NCBI RefSeq assembly: GCF_009914755.1
Contig: NC_060937.1
Length of the DNA stretch: 64,000 bases
Direction: 5' to 3' (one strand)
DNA from: the human T2T-CHM13v2.0 reference genome, Homo sapiens
In this document: in pieces, positions 16,928 to 28,940 of the stretch
How the letters are laid out: every line of letters begins with the position of its first letter
Numbering within the stretch: the stretch's first letter is position 1
The notes under the pieces: model-generated
The model's input: only the letters and a program-made list of their open reading frames with translations
Database searches by the model: none
What the model was told of the DNA's origin: nothing
Program-made: the position numbers and the translations under genes

Positions 16928-18246
16928 TTTTTCTTAATATTTTCAGAACTACTATTTTTTTCTTAATATTATTTTGATCATTCTCTTTCCAAAAATTTGA
17001 TCTTTCTCCTTCCAAAATTACTATAAGACCAGCAAAAAAAAAAAAAAAAAAGCATCAGAGTTCTTTCTATCTTTCTGATTTTCCCACTGAAGGGTGACAG
17101 AAAAGAAAGGTCCTATCTGTCATCTAAAATCTATTAGTAAGTACTTTAGCTAAGTCTGGAAACTAAGATGTCACATGTCAATTACACAGGAATGAGCTGA
17201 CATTTGCTTCCTGCCAGGAGCAATACACAGATTCAGAGAACTGCTACTCTGAACATAGTTACAGAAAATAAAATATTTACCTTTGCAGGGATCTGGGACT
17301 TATGAAGCTAGTATTAAAAAGCTGTATGTTACAAATGAGGACTTAGATTTCAGAGAGTCCGTGTAAGTCCCAGGCTTTTTCAGTGTGGGATCTCATTAGC
17401 CAGCCTGTGTGAATGTGCTGAAACAAAGAGAGGATGCTTTCCCTTACTTCTGGCAGAGTTAGACAGAAGTAATGAAGGAGGTGGTGATACATCATTAATT
17501 CTCTCCAAATACCTCCAGAATAAGACTGAAATGTTAATACTGAAAGGGCTCGTAGATGTCATGTCCCTCCAGTTCTTATTTTACAAACAAGAAACTGAGG
17601 AAAGGCAGACTGTGACTTTGGTGAGAGCTTCTAGTCCCTTTGTCATCCCTCCTGTATGCCATTTGGAGATGCTGTCTGCCTAGAGTAGTTTTGCTGGTGG
17701 GGCTGTGATTTAGATTCTCTGCAGCTGAGTCAAAGCAAATGTAAAAATGACAGAGGATTATTGAGAGTAAGAGTGTATCCCACTCTCAGAGAACAGCTGA
17801 TCCTTTCCACCATGGCCTCTAAGGAATTTCAGGTAATCCAGATGAACTGGCATTCATCCCAAGTGCAATTTCCATTACTCACGACAATCTGCTAACATAA
17901 GGTGCCCTGTGCTTCAGAATTAGCTTCAGGCTTTGCCAGCTAGAAACAGCCAGCCATAGACTGGCTTGCTTTTAAAAATATCACTTGGCTACGATACAGA
18001 CCTCTAATATAACAGTTGTCTGCAGTCTTAATATAAAATGAAATTAAGTTGAAAGAACTTTCCAACTATGTGAGATCTGTGATCCATATTTATATATCAG
18101 ATGTTTATAGTATATATAATTTATTCTTAAAGTATAAACAATATATTAAACTATAAATATATATATTTACATATACAGACATTCTAATACAGGCATTTAT
18201 TTAATAAGCTTTGCATTTTTGTATAGTAATTACTATACGAAATATA

Positions 18247-18292
18247 TTCTCATTAATATAAATAGACTTCGGTCTATTTATATTAATGAGAA
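18247..18292. repeat. Perfect 21-bp inverted repeat with TTCG loop
   Basis: ttctcattaatataaatagac-ttcg-gtctatttatattaatgagaa. Confidence 0.97.
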
Positions 18293-18404
18293 GAGCATAT
18301 GCAATCCTACTGAATGACATCTTTCTAGGAGTAAAATTAACTCTTAAACTATCACTAAAACAACCGAGTTAAAGCTTCCCCCGTCTAAGAAAAAGACAAG
18401 TGTT

Positions 18405-18756
<352 letters not shown>

Positions 18757-19137
18757 TTAAGAACTTTTCCTCTTTACTGAGAGTCTACAGTAGACATGAG
18801 AAAACCCAAATTGCAGTTTCACAGCTCTTGTAGCAAAAGCAAGTTTTCAAGCAGCAGATCTTATTCATTATTGAAGCAAAGATTTCCAACAGCATATGCA
18901 AGATGTATTTTCTGGAAATTGGGACATAACACCCAGCACTTGAATTAGAGACCACAGGAAAAGTGTTTTTTTTTCTGTTTCTCCACCATACGATTCAATC
19001 ATATTGAACAAAAGACTCATCCTGTTGTTACTGTTCTACATACAGTGAATATTTTTACTGGTAGTGCAAAGTAATACAGGCTCCAGTAAGAGGAATTAGT
19101 CCCGCCAAAGCCTGACTCCTGGGTGACAGTGTCCCAC

Positions 19138-19156
19138 TGCTGCCATCTTCTGGAGA
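19138..19156 (-). promoter_or_regulatory. Candidate CTCF-like motif
   Basis: Minus strand reads tctCCAGAAGATGGCAGca, close to the CTCF core CCASYAGRKGGCRS (1 deviation). Confidence 0.4.
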
Positions 19157-20149
19157 GTCCAGGCTCAGCAGCAGTGAGCAGATGGTTTTAAAATTCAGAT
19201 CACCTCCAGCTGATTCACCTCACTGACTGACAAAGCCAGCCCTGCTGCATTTGCGGGTGTGGATGTGGTTACAGGAGGAAAAGGCTCCCTGAAATGGGCT
19301 GAAATAATGAAGGCTTGATCTAGGAGGCAAGGCATCCTTCCTGATCTGTATTATAAGTGACTACAATAGCTAATGAGTGGAACCCGTCTTAGATATCAAA
19401 ACCCTAACTTGTCTCCCTCTTTCCTTCCGCCATTGAAAACAGAAATAGGTGCGGAGCCCACAGTATCCTCTCCTGGGGCCCCAGGCCTGCCTCTGCATGT
19501 TTTCAAGCACAGTGGCAGAAGCACGAGGCCACCCGCCCACCCTCAGCTAGAGGGAGCCGGCTGGGGCCCCAGGACCCCAGCCAGGATGGCGTCTGATCAC
19601 CAGAGGGCTGGGTGTCTTCCCTGTCCAGTTTCATGATGTCAGGGTGCTTGATAGGGTTGTTGTCCAAAAATAAACTAATAATAATCAGCGCTGCTTCCTC
19701 TTCCTCCCTCTGTGCAGTTTCAGAGCCCACTTCCTGAGAGCTCACTGGACAAAGGCTCCATGCCCACTCCAAGGGTTGGCCCTGGTCAGCCCTCTCTTCT
19801 GTTTGGGCTCTCTCAACTCAGTAACCCCACAGGAGGTGGTGTCCTCAGAGGCCCAGGGAGTGGTCCCAACCCACTTTGTAAACCTTGGGCAGTTGCTGAA
19901 GGCAGATCTTCCGCCAAAGGTAAATACTGGGTGGAATTCCCAATACAGGAGGTCGCCTGGGTGCAAACTTGCCCTGGAAATACATGGAAATGCTCCCTGA
20001 TCTATCAAGTCACCCTTCTCAAGATTCAGAAAGCTTCAGTGACCCAGAGGAATACCAAGGGGGAAATGGTGAGATGGCGGGGCTGTCTGCTGTCCTCCTG
20101 CACCTCCTCACAGTCTAGTCTCATCTTCTAAGCACCCACCACAGGTACG

Positions 20150-20296
20150 CGCATGTGCGCGCACACACACACACACACACACACGAACTCAGAGACACTC
20201 CCCCAACACACACACACACACACACACTCACACACACAAACTCAGAGACACCCCCCAACACACACACACACACACACGAACTCAGAGACACCCCCC

Positions 20297-20345
<49 letters not shown>
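20150..20345. repeat. Compound (CA)n-based minisatellite, three copies of aactcagagacac(t/c)ccccc(aa) separated by CA runs
   Basis: Directly visible. Confidence 0.92.
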
Positions 20346-20954
20346 CGCCCTCTCTTCTGCCTTGCAGTCAAATATGTGAATCCTTGGATGACACAGAAAG
20401 GATTTATTTAACAGGAGACTGAACATTTTGAACATGGAAATGTGAATATCTGTGAACACTGAATAGGCTAGATTAGTAAGAGCAGAGACTGGAAGAAAGG
20501 CCAGGTGGGTGTCTTCTCCTGTCTTTTCCTTCTAATTAGCATTCAGTCAGACTGTATAGAGGACCTGCTACATCCTGGGGATGATTCACACATTGTCCCT
20601 GCCTCCCAGTTACTCCTCCTCTGATGAGGGTTTGCAAACGAACTTTCTTCCATCATTTATCCCCCAAAACATGTATCAATTGATATCGTTACTTGCCAAA
20701 CATAAAATAACATAAGGACATGAATTCTAGAGGAATTTTGTTTTGAGAAATGAAAATATAGATTTCAGAGGCCACTGGGAAAGGAAGATTTACAGGACCA
20801 AATAACTGACAAAAATGTTAACTTGCCAGAGAAGAAAGACTCAAAAATGTTCCATTGACATAAACCTAGATAACTAGGAGAATGAGAGTGCCTGTGTAGG
20901 GGAGTGAAAATAATTTTCTCCTCCACCCTTCATAGGTTTCTAGCTAGGTCTCCC

Positions 20955-21499
20955 TGTTAGGGGCGTTCAAACCAGAGCGACTCCATCTTCAGTGAGGGCT
21001 AGGAAAAATGAGGCTGGGACCTGCTGGGCTGCATTCCCAGAAAGTTAGGTATTCTTAGCCTCTAGGTGTTTACCGTTAAGGGAACAGGTTGATAATGTTT
21101 ACTAAACAGACCCAGACTTGGGAGTGTCCTGATATCCCAGTATCTTGAGAACAGAAGCATTCTTAATTTTGCTTTAAAGATAACATCAATTCTTGCAAAA
21201 TAAAGTAATTAAGAAAATTAACCCTTTATCATAAACCCTTGTAGCAGAGTACATCTCCCCACAATCTTTCTTTTTATCCCATATGTAAACAGGATTTATC
21301 CTGTATATACCTAGGGAGGATGTGTTTCCCCTCCTACTTTCGAGAACGCCCTGCTCTGTCTATGAGTAGCTATTCTTTCACTTTACTTCCTTAATAAACT
21401 TACTTTTGCTTTGCACTGTGGACTTGCCCTGAATTCTTTCTTGTGGGAGATCGAAGAACTCTCTCTTGGTGTCCGGATCGGGACTCCTTTCCGGTAACA
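20955..21499 (+). mobile_element. MER41-family ERV1 solo LTR
   Basis: TG...CA ends. Start tgttaggggcgttcaaaccagagcgactccatctt and end ggactcctttccggtaaca match recalled MER41. AATAAA at 21393. Confidence 0.85.
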
Positions 21500-21602
21500 T
21501 CACTATGTTGCCCAGGCTGGTCTTGAACTCCTGGCCTCAAACCATCCTATAGATTCGACCTCCGAAAGTGCTGGGGTTACAGGCATAGCCACTGTGCCCA
21601 GC
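21500..21602 (-). mobile_element. Alu left-arm fragment
   Basis: tcactatgttgcccaggctggtcttgaactcc...gccactgtgcccagc. Confidence 0.8.
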
Positions 21603-24250
21603 TGGAACAATCTTTATGAAGGTGAATTAAAGCTGTGAGGCATGAGACCAGAAAAGATGCACCAGGAGTAATGGATTTTGGTGGAGAATGAGCCACAGAA
21701 ACGCGATCATGAGGCAAATGGTGGGGCCTAACCCTGCCTTCTCAGTCCTCGGGATGGGAGACCGGGCTAGAGAAGAGAAGGCTGGTGTGAAAACGCCGGG
21801 AGGGTGAGTTTTGGCAAAAATGGGGGCATCTTCAGTTTCACTTGGCACCAAAAGGAAAATTCAATGCACATTCTTTCCTGGATGTCCAAAAGCCTAATGA
21901 GGTTTTGCTTTCTTTGTCTTCTCTTTCCGGAGCCCTCATCGAGCCTCATTCTCAGCCACATCGTAAGGATTTAGAGGCCCTAAGCACTGACGACGCTGTG
22001 GTGCCACAAAAATAGACAAGCAGGGCATGTGCGCTGAAGCTGGAAGAGGCTTCTTCCATATTTTCATTGCAAAATCAGAACTTTGGTGAGTTTTTTAAAA
22101 ATGTTTTAAAATGTTTGCGCCCCTGTTTTGCTGATGCCCCTGGGAATCCCAGCACGGCCTTTTCACCGACTGCTGCTTCTCAGTCTTCATGAGAGCCCAG
22201 AGCTCTGTGCTCGGCTCTTTCCTGTCCTCCCGGGCTGGCCTTGTGCTTTCGTGACTGGGTCAGGCTCCTGGGCTCTGTGTCTGATGCAATCAGTGCCACC
22301 TGAATGCCTGGGCGGCCTCAGCATACGGGAGTAGACCGGGCGGGGCCCTCGCGTGTGACACCATGGCTGTTTCAGATCCACCGCAAACCCCCCGCCCCAG
22401 TGCTGCCCCCGGTCCCCTCACACTCTGGAAAGATTTGCCGGAGCCACTCTGTCCTTTTCTTTAGTGCAGCTGCTGGCTGATAAACCTGCTCCTGCTCTCT
22501 CTAAGGCAAGGCCAAGCACAGCTCCTTTCCCCTAGGGCATGTGCCTTTGCACTGCCCGAGGCTGCTCCTTGGTCCCAAGTCCACAGTACTTTGCTTCTCA
22601 GGACAGTTTTCCATTCTCAGGTAAGCACTCAGGGGAGCTCTCCCAGTGGCACAGTTCCAGGTCCACCTGAATCCTTTCAGGAAGGACCTCGTCCCTCTGA
22701 ATGCTGGTGATCACATTTCAACACAATTTATGAAGTGCACCTCGTAGGAAAAACTTAGAAAGCCTTTCCAGATCCACCAGGCATAGGCACCCTTCTTTCT
22801 TTGCTTCAAAGAAACAAAGATGGCATTTAAGCATGACATTTAAACTCTTTGGGGTCTACTCTAGAGAATTCCTCATTGTTCTGGGTCATCACCCAGGTAT
22901 CCAGGAGATACACATATTGTTAAACTTCCGTTTGTTTTTCTCTTGTTAGTTTGCCTTTTGTTACAGAGAGACTCCCAGCTAGGAACCCATGAAGTTGGAG
23001 GTTTATGGGAATGTCTAGATATATTTATAAATCATAAAATTGTTATTTTGCTACTCAACTTGTTCAGGAGAAGCAACAGTGTTGCAGAAAGAGGCCCAGA
23101 GTGGGGACAGCAATCCCAATTCTGCAACCAATGGGCTCTGTCACTGTGGGGCCTTTCCATGCCTCTGCCTCCTCATCTGAAAATGAGCGGGTTGGATAGA
23201 TTTTTCACTACTGTTCCTTTAAGTTCTACCATGCGGAGGTTTTTTACATTGCTACCTTCTTATGTGACATAGTTTTGCAATTAAGAACTCTCAAGTTCCT
23301 CTTTGCAGTTGGTATTTGAGATGTTAAGAATGGAAACGCTGATTCCCCTCAGACCCGCTTTGCAGATAACCCTGCATTTTACCGAGATGTCAAAGCAGGA
23401 AGTGCTTGGCTGGAACATCTGCCGACAGCCTCATCTCTTTCTGCAAGATCATGATGTTCTGCATGCTCCTGTGGCCTCTTATTTCACGTTGGTAAGAATT
23501 TTATGTTTATTTATTAACCTAAGGTAATGTGGTAAATTCCATGGTGGCTCACCTAACTTCTGAGTAAGCTTTTGTTTTATTTTTATTTTTTTCCATGTTT
23601 CCTCCTGGCAAGCTCTCCCTGCAAATTTTGAAACAACTTTAAAGATGAATAAAAAGCAGCTCAGCAAGTGAATCCCAGATCCCGGTAAGAGAGTGTCTCC
23701 CCCAACTCACATAGTGAGTGCACATCATCCCCAGAACCACCGTGAGAGTGAGCCTGGTAGCGGGTAGCACCCTGCCTGTGACGAAGCCAGCACACTATGA
23801 CGAGCAGCAGCTTCTAGACCCATGGACCACGGGCACTGCCAACGCTCTCCCTCCGGGGACTCCTCCTGCCTCCCATACAGGGCCAAACTCCTACGCCCAC
23901 GAGCTCGCTCAGAATTGGCTCAGGCTGCAATCACTTCTCTTCTCCTACCTCCACACCATTCCCTGATGGTGGACAGCTTCTCCTTTGAGAACCACACCTG
24001 CCTTTTCAGACAAAAGGAGACACCACCCACCCTCCTGCTGAGGGCTGCTCCCCTGGGGCCTTCTCAGCACACCTCTCTCTCTCTAGGTCAAAAAACAAAT
24101 TTCACATGCAGAATTTTTACCTTTTTTAAAGTGACTTCGAATTTTGGCACCAGCAATTAATTCAACACTTGAATAAGATTTGAAAACCTCACAACAAATC
24201 ACAAATATATTATGGGTCCTGTTGAAGGTGGTATTGTGGTTAATGTAATT

Positions 24251-24271
24251 CTCTCTCTCTCTCTCTCTCTC

Positions 24272-24311
<40 letters not shown>
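24251..24311. repeat. (CT)n(GT)n microsatellite
   Basis: Directly visible. Confidence 0.92.
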
Positions 24312-24313
<2 letters not shown>

Positions 24314-24339
24314 CCTTTGTGTGTCTGGCTGGCTGTCTC

Positions 24340-24490
24340 TTCTGAGACAGGATCTTGCTCTGTCACCCAGGCTGGAGAACAGTGGTGCAATCACAGCTCA
24401 CTGTGCCCTTGAACTCATGGGCTCAAGCAATCCTCCCACCTCAGCCTCCCAAAGTGCTGGAATTACAGGTGTGCACCACCTTTCCCAGGA
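24340..24490 (-). mobile_element. Alu monomer/partial AluJ
   Basis: gagacaggatcttgctctgtcacccagg...ccaaagtgctggaattacagg. Confidence 0.82.
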
Positions 24491-27400
24491 CCTTTCTATA
24501 TTTCTTTTCATATTCATTTATTCATCCAACAAATATTTACTGAATCATTACTGTGTGTTACACACTGAGATTTCAAAGCCAGAGAAGAGTTGATTTTGGT
24601 GGGAGAAATAGGAATATAAATAAATTACACCACAAACAAAGTATTGGCTGTGCCCCTGGCACTATCAGGCAAAAATACAAAAATTCTTACTGACAAGAAA
24701 TAAGAGGCCATAGTCCCAGAGCACTGGCTTAGAGTACTCCTCCCCATACTCTACAATTATAAAGGAATTATTGTCCCATTTTACAGAGGAGCAAGCTGAG
24801 GCTCAATGGGACTAATTCACTCAGTGAATTCTTCCTCCTGAAAGAAGAAAGTGGTAAAGTTGGTCTTGTCCTTTTGGCTGCAGCTAACACCCTGTCTCTC
24901 CTGACTCTCCAAAATGGGAAAGGGTTGCTTGACCCTTGAAGCCTTGTCCCAGGGTTCCTTGTGGCATGCTCCTAATGACCTCATGACTGCTGAATCTCCT
25001 GATCCTGCCCAGGGTCAACACAGAGAAAGGAGAGAAACCTAGGGTGTCTAGGCTGCAACTCAGGGACCTGTGGCTCCTGCACAAAGCATGTGAATCACCC
25101 CTTGGGCAATGGTTTCCTAAGAAAATCTGCCCTGTTCATGCATTATTTAAAAAGCAAAGGAAGAAAACAAAGAAACCCCTTAAAGCTCTTGTAATAAATT
25201 CACCATTCCCTTATTCTGTGAACTTTCATTTATTGAACACAGGCTTTGGGAATAGAGGGATCAATAAAACTCAGCTGAAATCCAAGGCAGAGCAAGATGT
25301 CTGAATAGAACCATGCAGTGATCATGCCCCCACCCTCCCCTGCAGGACATTGAATTGAGTGCAAACACACACAAGAAAACACCTTCACAAGAGCTAAAAT
25401 ATCAGGTAAGCGATCACAGGACCCGGTTTATCATAGTAACAAGAAAAGAGGCATTGAAGGAGTAGGAAGGACAATCCCGCATTGCCTGCACTGTTCCTCC
25501 CGCAGGACCAGGCAGCTCAATGTGGAGAGAGAATCTTTGTGCTTGGGAAAGGGAGAGGGAGGTGAGTGCGGCACTTTGCTTCAGAGCTCACTGCCGGCCC
25601 CACCACAGTGGAACATAGCACTGGGCAGACTTCTATGCCCTTGATTCCAGGCCAGTGCTCACAAATGGAACATTTAGATCGGCCCCAGGCCACAGAGGAA
25701 TCCACCACCCCAGTGGGAGGAACCCAATTTCCAGCCTGCTTCATCACTGGCCAATTAAAGTGGCTGCTAGGCCTTAGTGGCCGTGGTCCTTTGGTAAGCC
25801 CTAGTGCTGAACTAGTCTGAGAGGTCGTGGGCTTGGGGTGCAACCCAGCCTGACACCAGCTGCAGCAGCCATGGGAGTGCTCACATCACACCACTCTCAA
25901 CTCCAAGCAGAACAGTGTGGAAAGAGACTTCTGCTCAGAAGAAGGAGAGAGAAGGTTACAGAAGATTTTGCCTTGGAACTTACTACCAGCCCTGCCACAA
26001 TAAAAGACAGCACTGGGGAAAACCCTGAAGCCCCCAGTTTTAAGCTGTTGCTCCTGGGCAATGTGTCTAAAGCCTCACTGGGCCAGTAGGGAATCTGCTA
26101 CAACAGTGAGCCAGACCTCTGTCCTGGCCAACTTCACTCCTGGCTGACTAAAGTTGCCTTGTGCCTTGAATAAACATCAGCGGAAGTCAGGCAGTAGCTG
26201 TCTCAGGCCTTGACAAGCCCTGATACTGCACTGGTCTGGGAGGTCATGGGCTTCAAGTGTGATTCAGCATGGTGCCAGCTGCAGTGAACATGGGAGTGCT
26301 CTTGTCATCCCACCCCCAACTCCAGACTTACAGAATGGGGAGAGAATCCTTCTGCTTGGGAGAAAGAGAAGGAAGTGAATGAGGGACTTTGCCTGGAAAG
26401 CCAGGGAATTCTCCCTAATCTTACCCAGGTATATCAGAGCTAGGTGTTTAGCAGTCTGCAAGAAAAATTACAACATACCTGAGCTTAGGGTGTCTTCTTG
26501 GATTAAATAAGGCACCAGTGACCAACCTCGCAGAGATGAAGATGTGTGACCTCTCAGGGAATTCAAAACAGTTTTTATGAGGAAGCTCAATGAATTTCAA
26601 ATAACACAGAGAAGCAATCAAAAAATGTATGAGTATTTAACAAAGAGATTGAAATAATTTTTAAAAATCAAACAGAAGCCCTGGAGCTGAGAAATTCAAT
26701 TGATGAGCTGAAAAGTGCAATAGCGTCTTAACAGTAAAACTGATCAAAAAGAAGAAAAAAATCCATGAGCTCAAAGATAGGCTATTTGAAAATACACAGT
26801 CAGAGGAGGGAAAAGGGAACTGATTTTTAAAAGAAACAGAACACTTACAAGATCTAGAGAACAATCTCAAAAGAGCAAATCTAAGAGTCATTGGCCCTTA
26901 AAGAGGGGTAGAAATTTGATTTAAAGAAATAACAACAGAGAACTTTCCAAACCTAGACAAACATATGAATATCCAGGTACAAGAAGGTCAAAGGTTACCG
27001 AGCAGGTTTAACCAAAATAAGACTACCCCAAAGCATATAATAATCAAACTCCCAACGGTCAAAGACAAAGAGAGGATCCTAAAAGCAACAAGGGAAAAGA
27101 AGCAAATGACTTCTAAAGGAGCCCCAGTACATCTGGCCACAGACTTCACAATGAGAGCATTACAGGCCAGAAGGAAGTGAGATAACATATTCAAAGGGCT
27201 GAAGGAAAAAACTGCCAACCAAGAACTGTAACCAGCAAAGCTATCCTTCAAACATAAAGCAGTTAAAGACTTTCCTGGACAACAAAAGCTAATGGAATTC
27301 ATCACCACCAGACATGTCTTACAAGAATGCTAAGGAAGTTCTTCAATCTGAAAGAAAAGGATACTAATTTGCAACAGACAGACATGTATAAAACTCACTG

Positions 27401-28605
27401 GTAAAAGTAAGTACACAGACAAATTCAGAATACTCTAATACTGTGATTGTAATAAAGAAATTCATATCTTTAGTATAAAAACTAAAAAAAATCCATTAAA
27501 CATAATGGTAACTACCACAATGTGTTGAGAATTAGGCAAAATAAAAAGATGTAAATTGAGACAATAAAAGCTTAAATGTAGGAGGAAAGATGGAGTTAAA
27601 GTGCAGAGTTTTTCAGTTTTTCCTTACTTGTTTGTTTCTTTTCTCTTCTTTGCAGTCAAAGTTAAGTTGTCATCAGTTCAAAATAACTTGTTATAACTAT
27701 AAGATGTTTTGAGTAAGCTTCATGGTAATCACAAAGCAAAACCTATAATAGTACGATAAAAATAAAAGGCAAAGAATTAAAACATACTACCAGAAAAAAA
27801 ATCACTCTCCACAAAGGAAGATATTTAGAATGGAAGGAAAAAAGAGATATTATAAAACAGTCAGACAATAAATAACAAAAAGGCAGTAGTAAATTTTTAT
27901 AAATAATAACATTAAATGTAAATAAACTAAATTCTCCAATTGAAAGACATTGAGTGGCTGAATTTTTTTTAAAACTCAACTATATGCTGCCTACAAGAAA
28001 TGCACTTCACCTATAAAGACACACATAGACTGACAGTGAAGAGATGGGAAAAGATATTTCCTGTAAATAGAAACCACGAAAAAGAAGGAGTAGCTACGCT
28101 TTTATCAGATAAAATAGACTTCAAGTCAAAAACTGTAAAAACAGACAAAAAAGTTAACTATGTAATAACAAAAGGGTTAATTCAGCAAGATGACATGACA
28201 ATTATAAATATTTATGCACCCAACACTGGGTCACGAAAATATGTAATACAAATATTAATAGATCTAAAAGAAAGACAGACCTCAATACAGTAAGAGTTGG
28301 ATACTTCAACGTGCCACTTTAGATCATTCAGACAGAAAATCAACAAAGAAAAATTAGAATTAACTGACGCTCTAAACCAATGGACCTGACATTTACAGAA
28401 TATTTCATCCAACTTCTGCAAAATACACATTCTTCTCATCACATGGAATATTCTCCAGGATGGACCATATGTTAGGCCACAAAACAAGTTCTCAACAAAT
28501 TCAAAAAAATCAAAATCATATCAAGTATCTTTTTGACCACAATGGAATAAAACTAAAAATTAATAACAAGACAAACTTTGGAAATTTTACAAATACACGG
28601 AAATT

Positions 28606-28940
28606 GGCTGGGCACAGTGGCTCATGCCTGTAATCCCAGTTCTTTGTGAGGCTGAGGCAAAAGAGTTGCTTGAGCTAAGGAGTTTCAGACCAGCCTGAGC
28701 AACATGACAAAACCCCCTCTCTACAAAAAATACAAAAATTAGCTGGATATGGTGACTCCTGCCTGTAGTCCCAGCTACACGGGAGGCTGAGTTAGGAGGG
28801 TCGCTAGAGCCCAGGAGGTCAAAGCTGCAGTGAGCCATGATCACACCATCACACTCTAGCCTGGATGACAGAGTGAGGCCCTGTGTCAATAAATGAATGA
28901 ATGAATGAATGAATGAATAAATAAATAAATAAATAAATAA
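28606..28940 (+). mobile_element. Alu (AluJ-type) in L1 ORF2
   Basis: (TGAA)n(TAAA)n tail. ggaaatt repeated at both flanks. Confidence 0.92.

Noticed and set aside
20150-20345. CRISPR-like repeat-spacer pattern
   Set aside because: The spacers are CA microsatellite, the context is eukaryotic and there are no cas genes.
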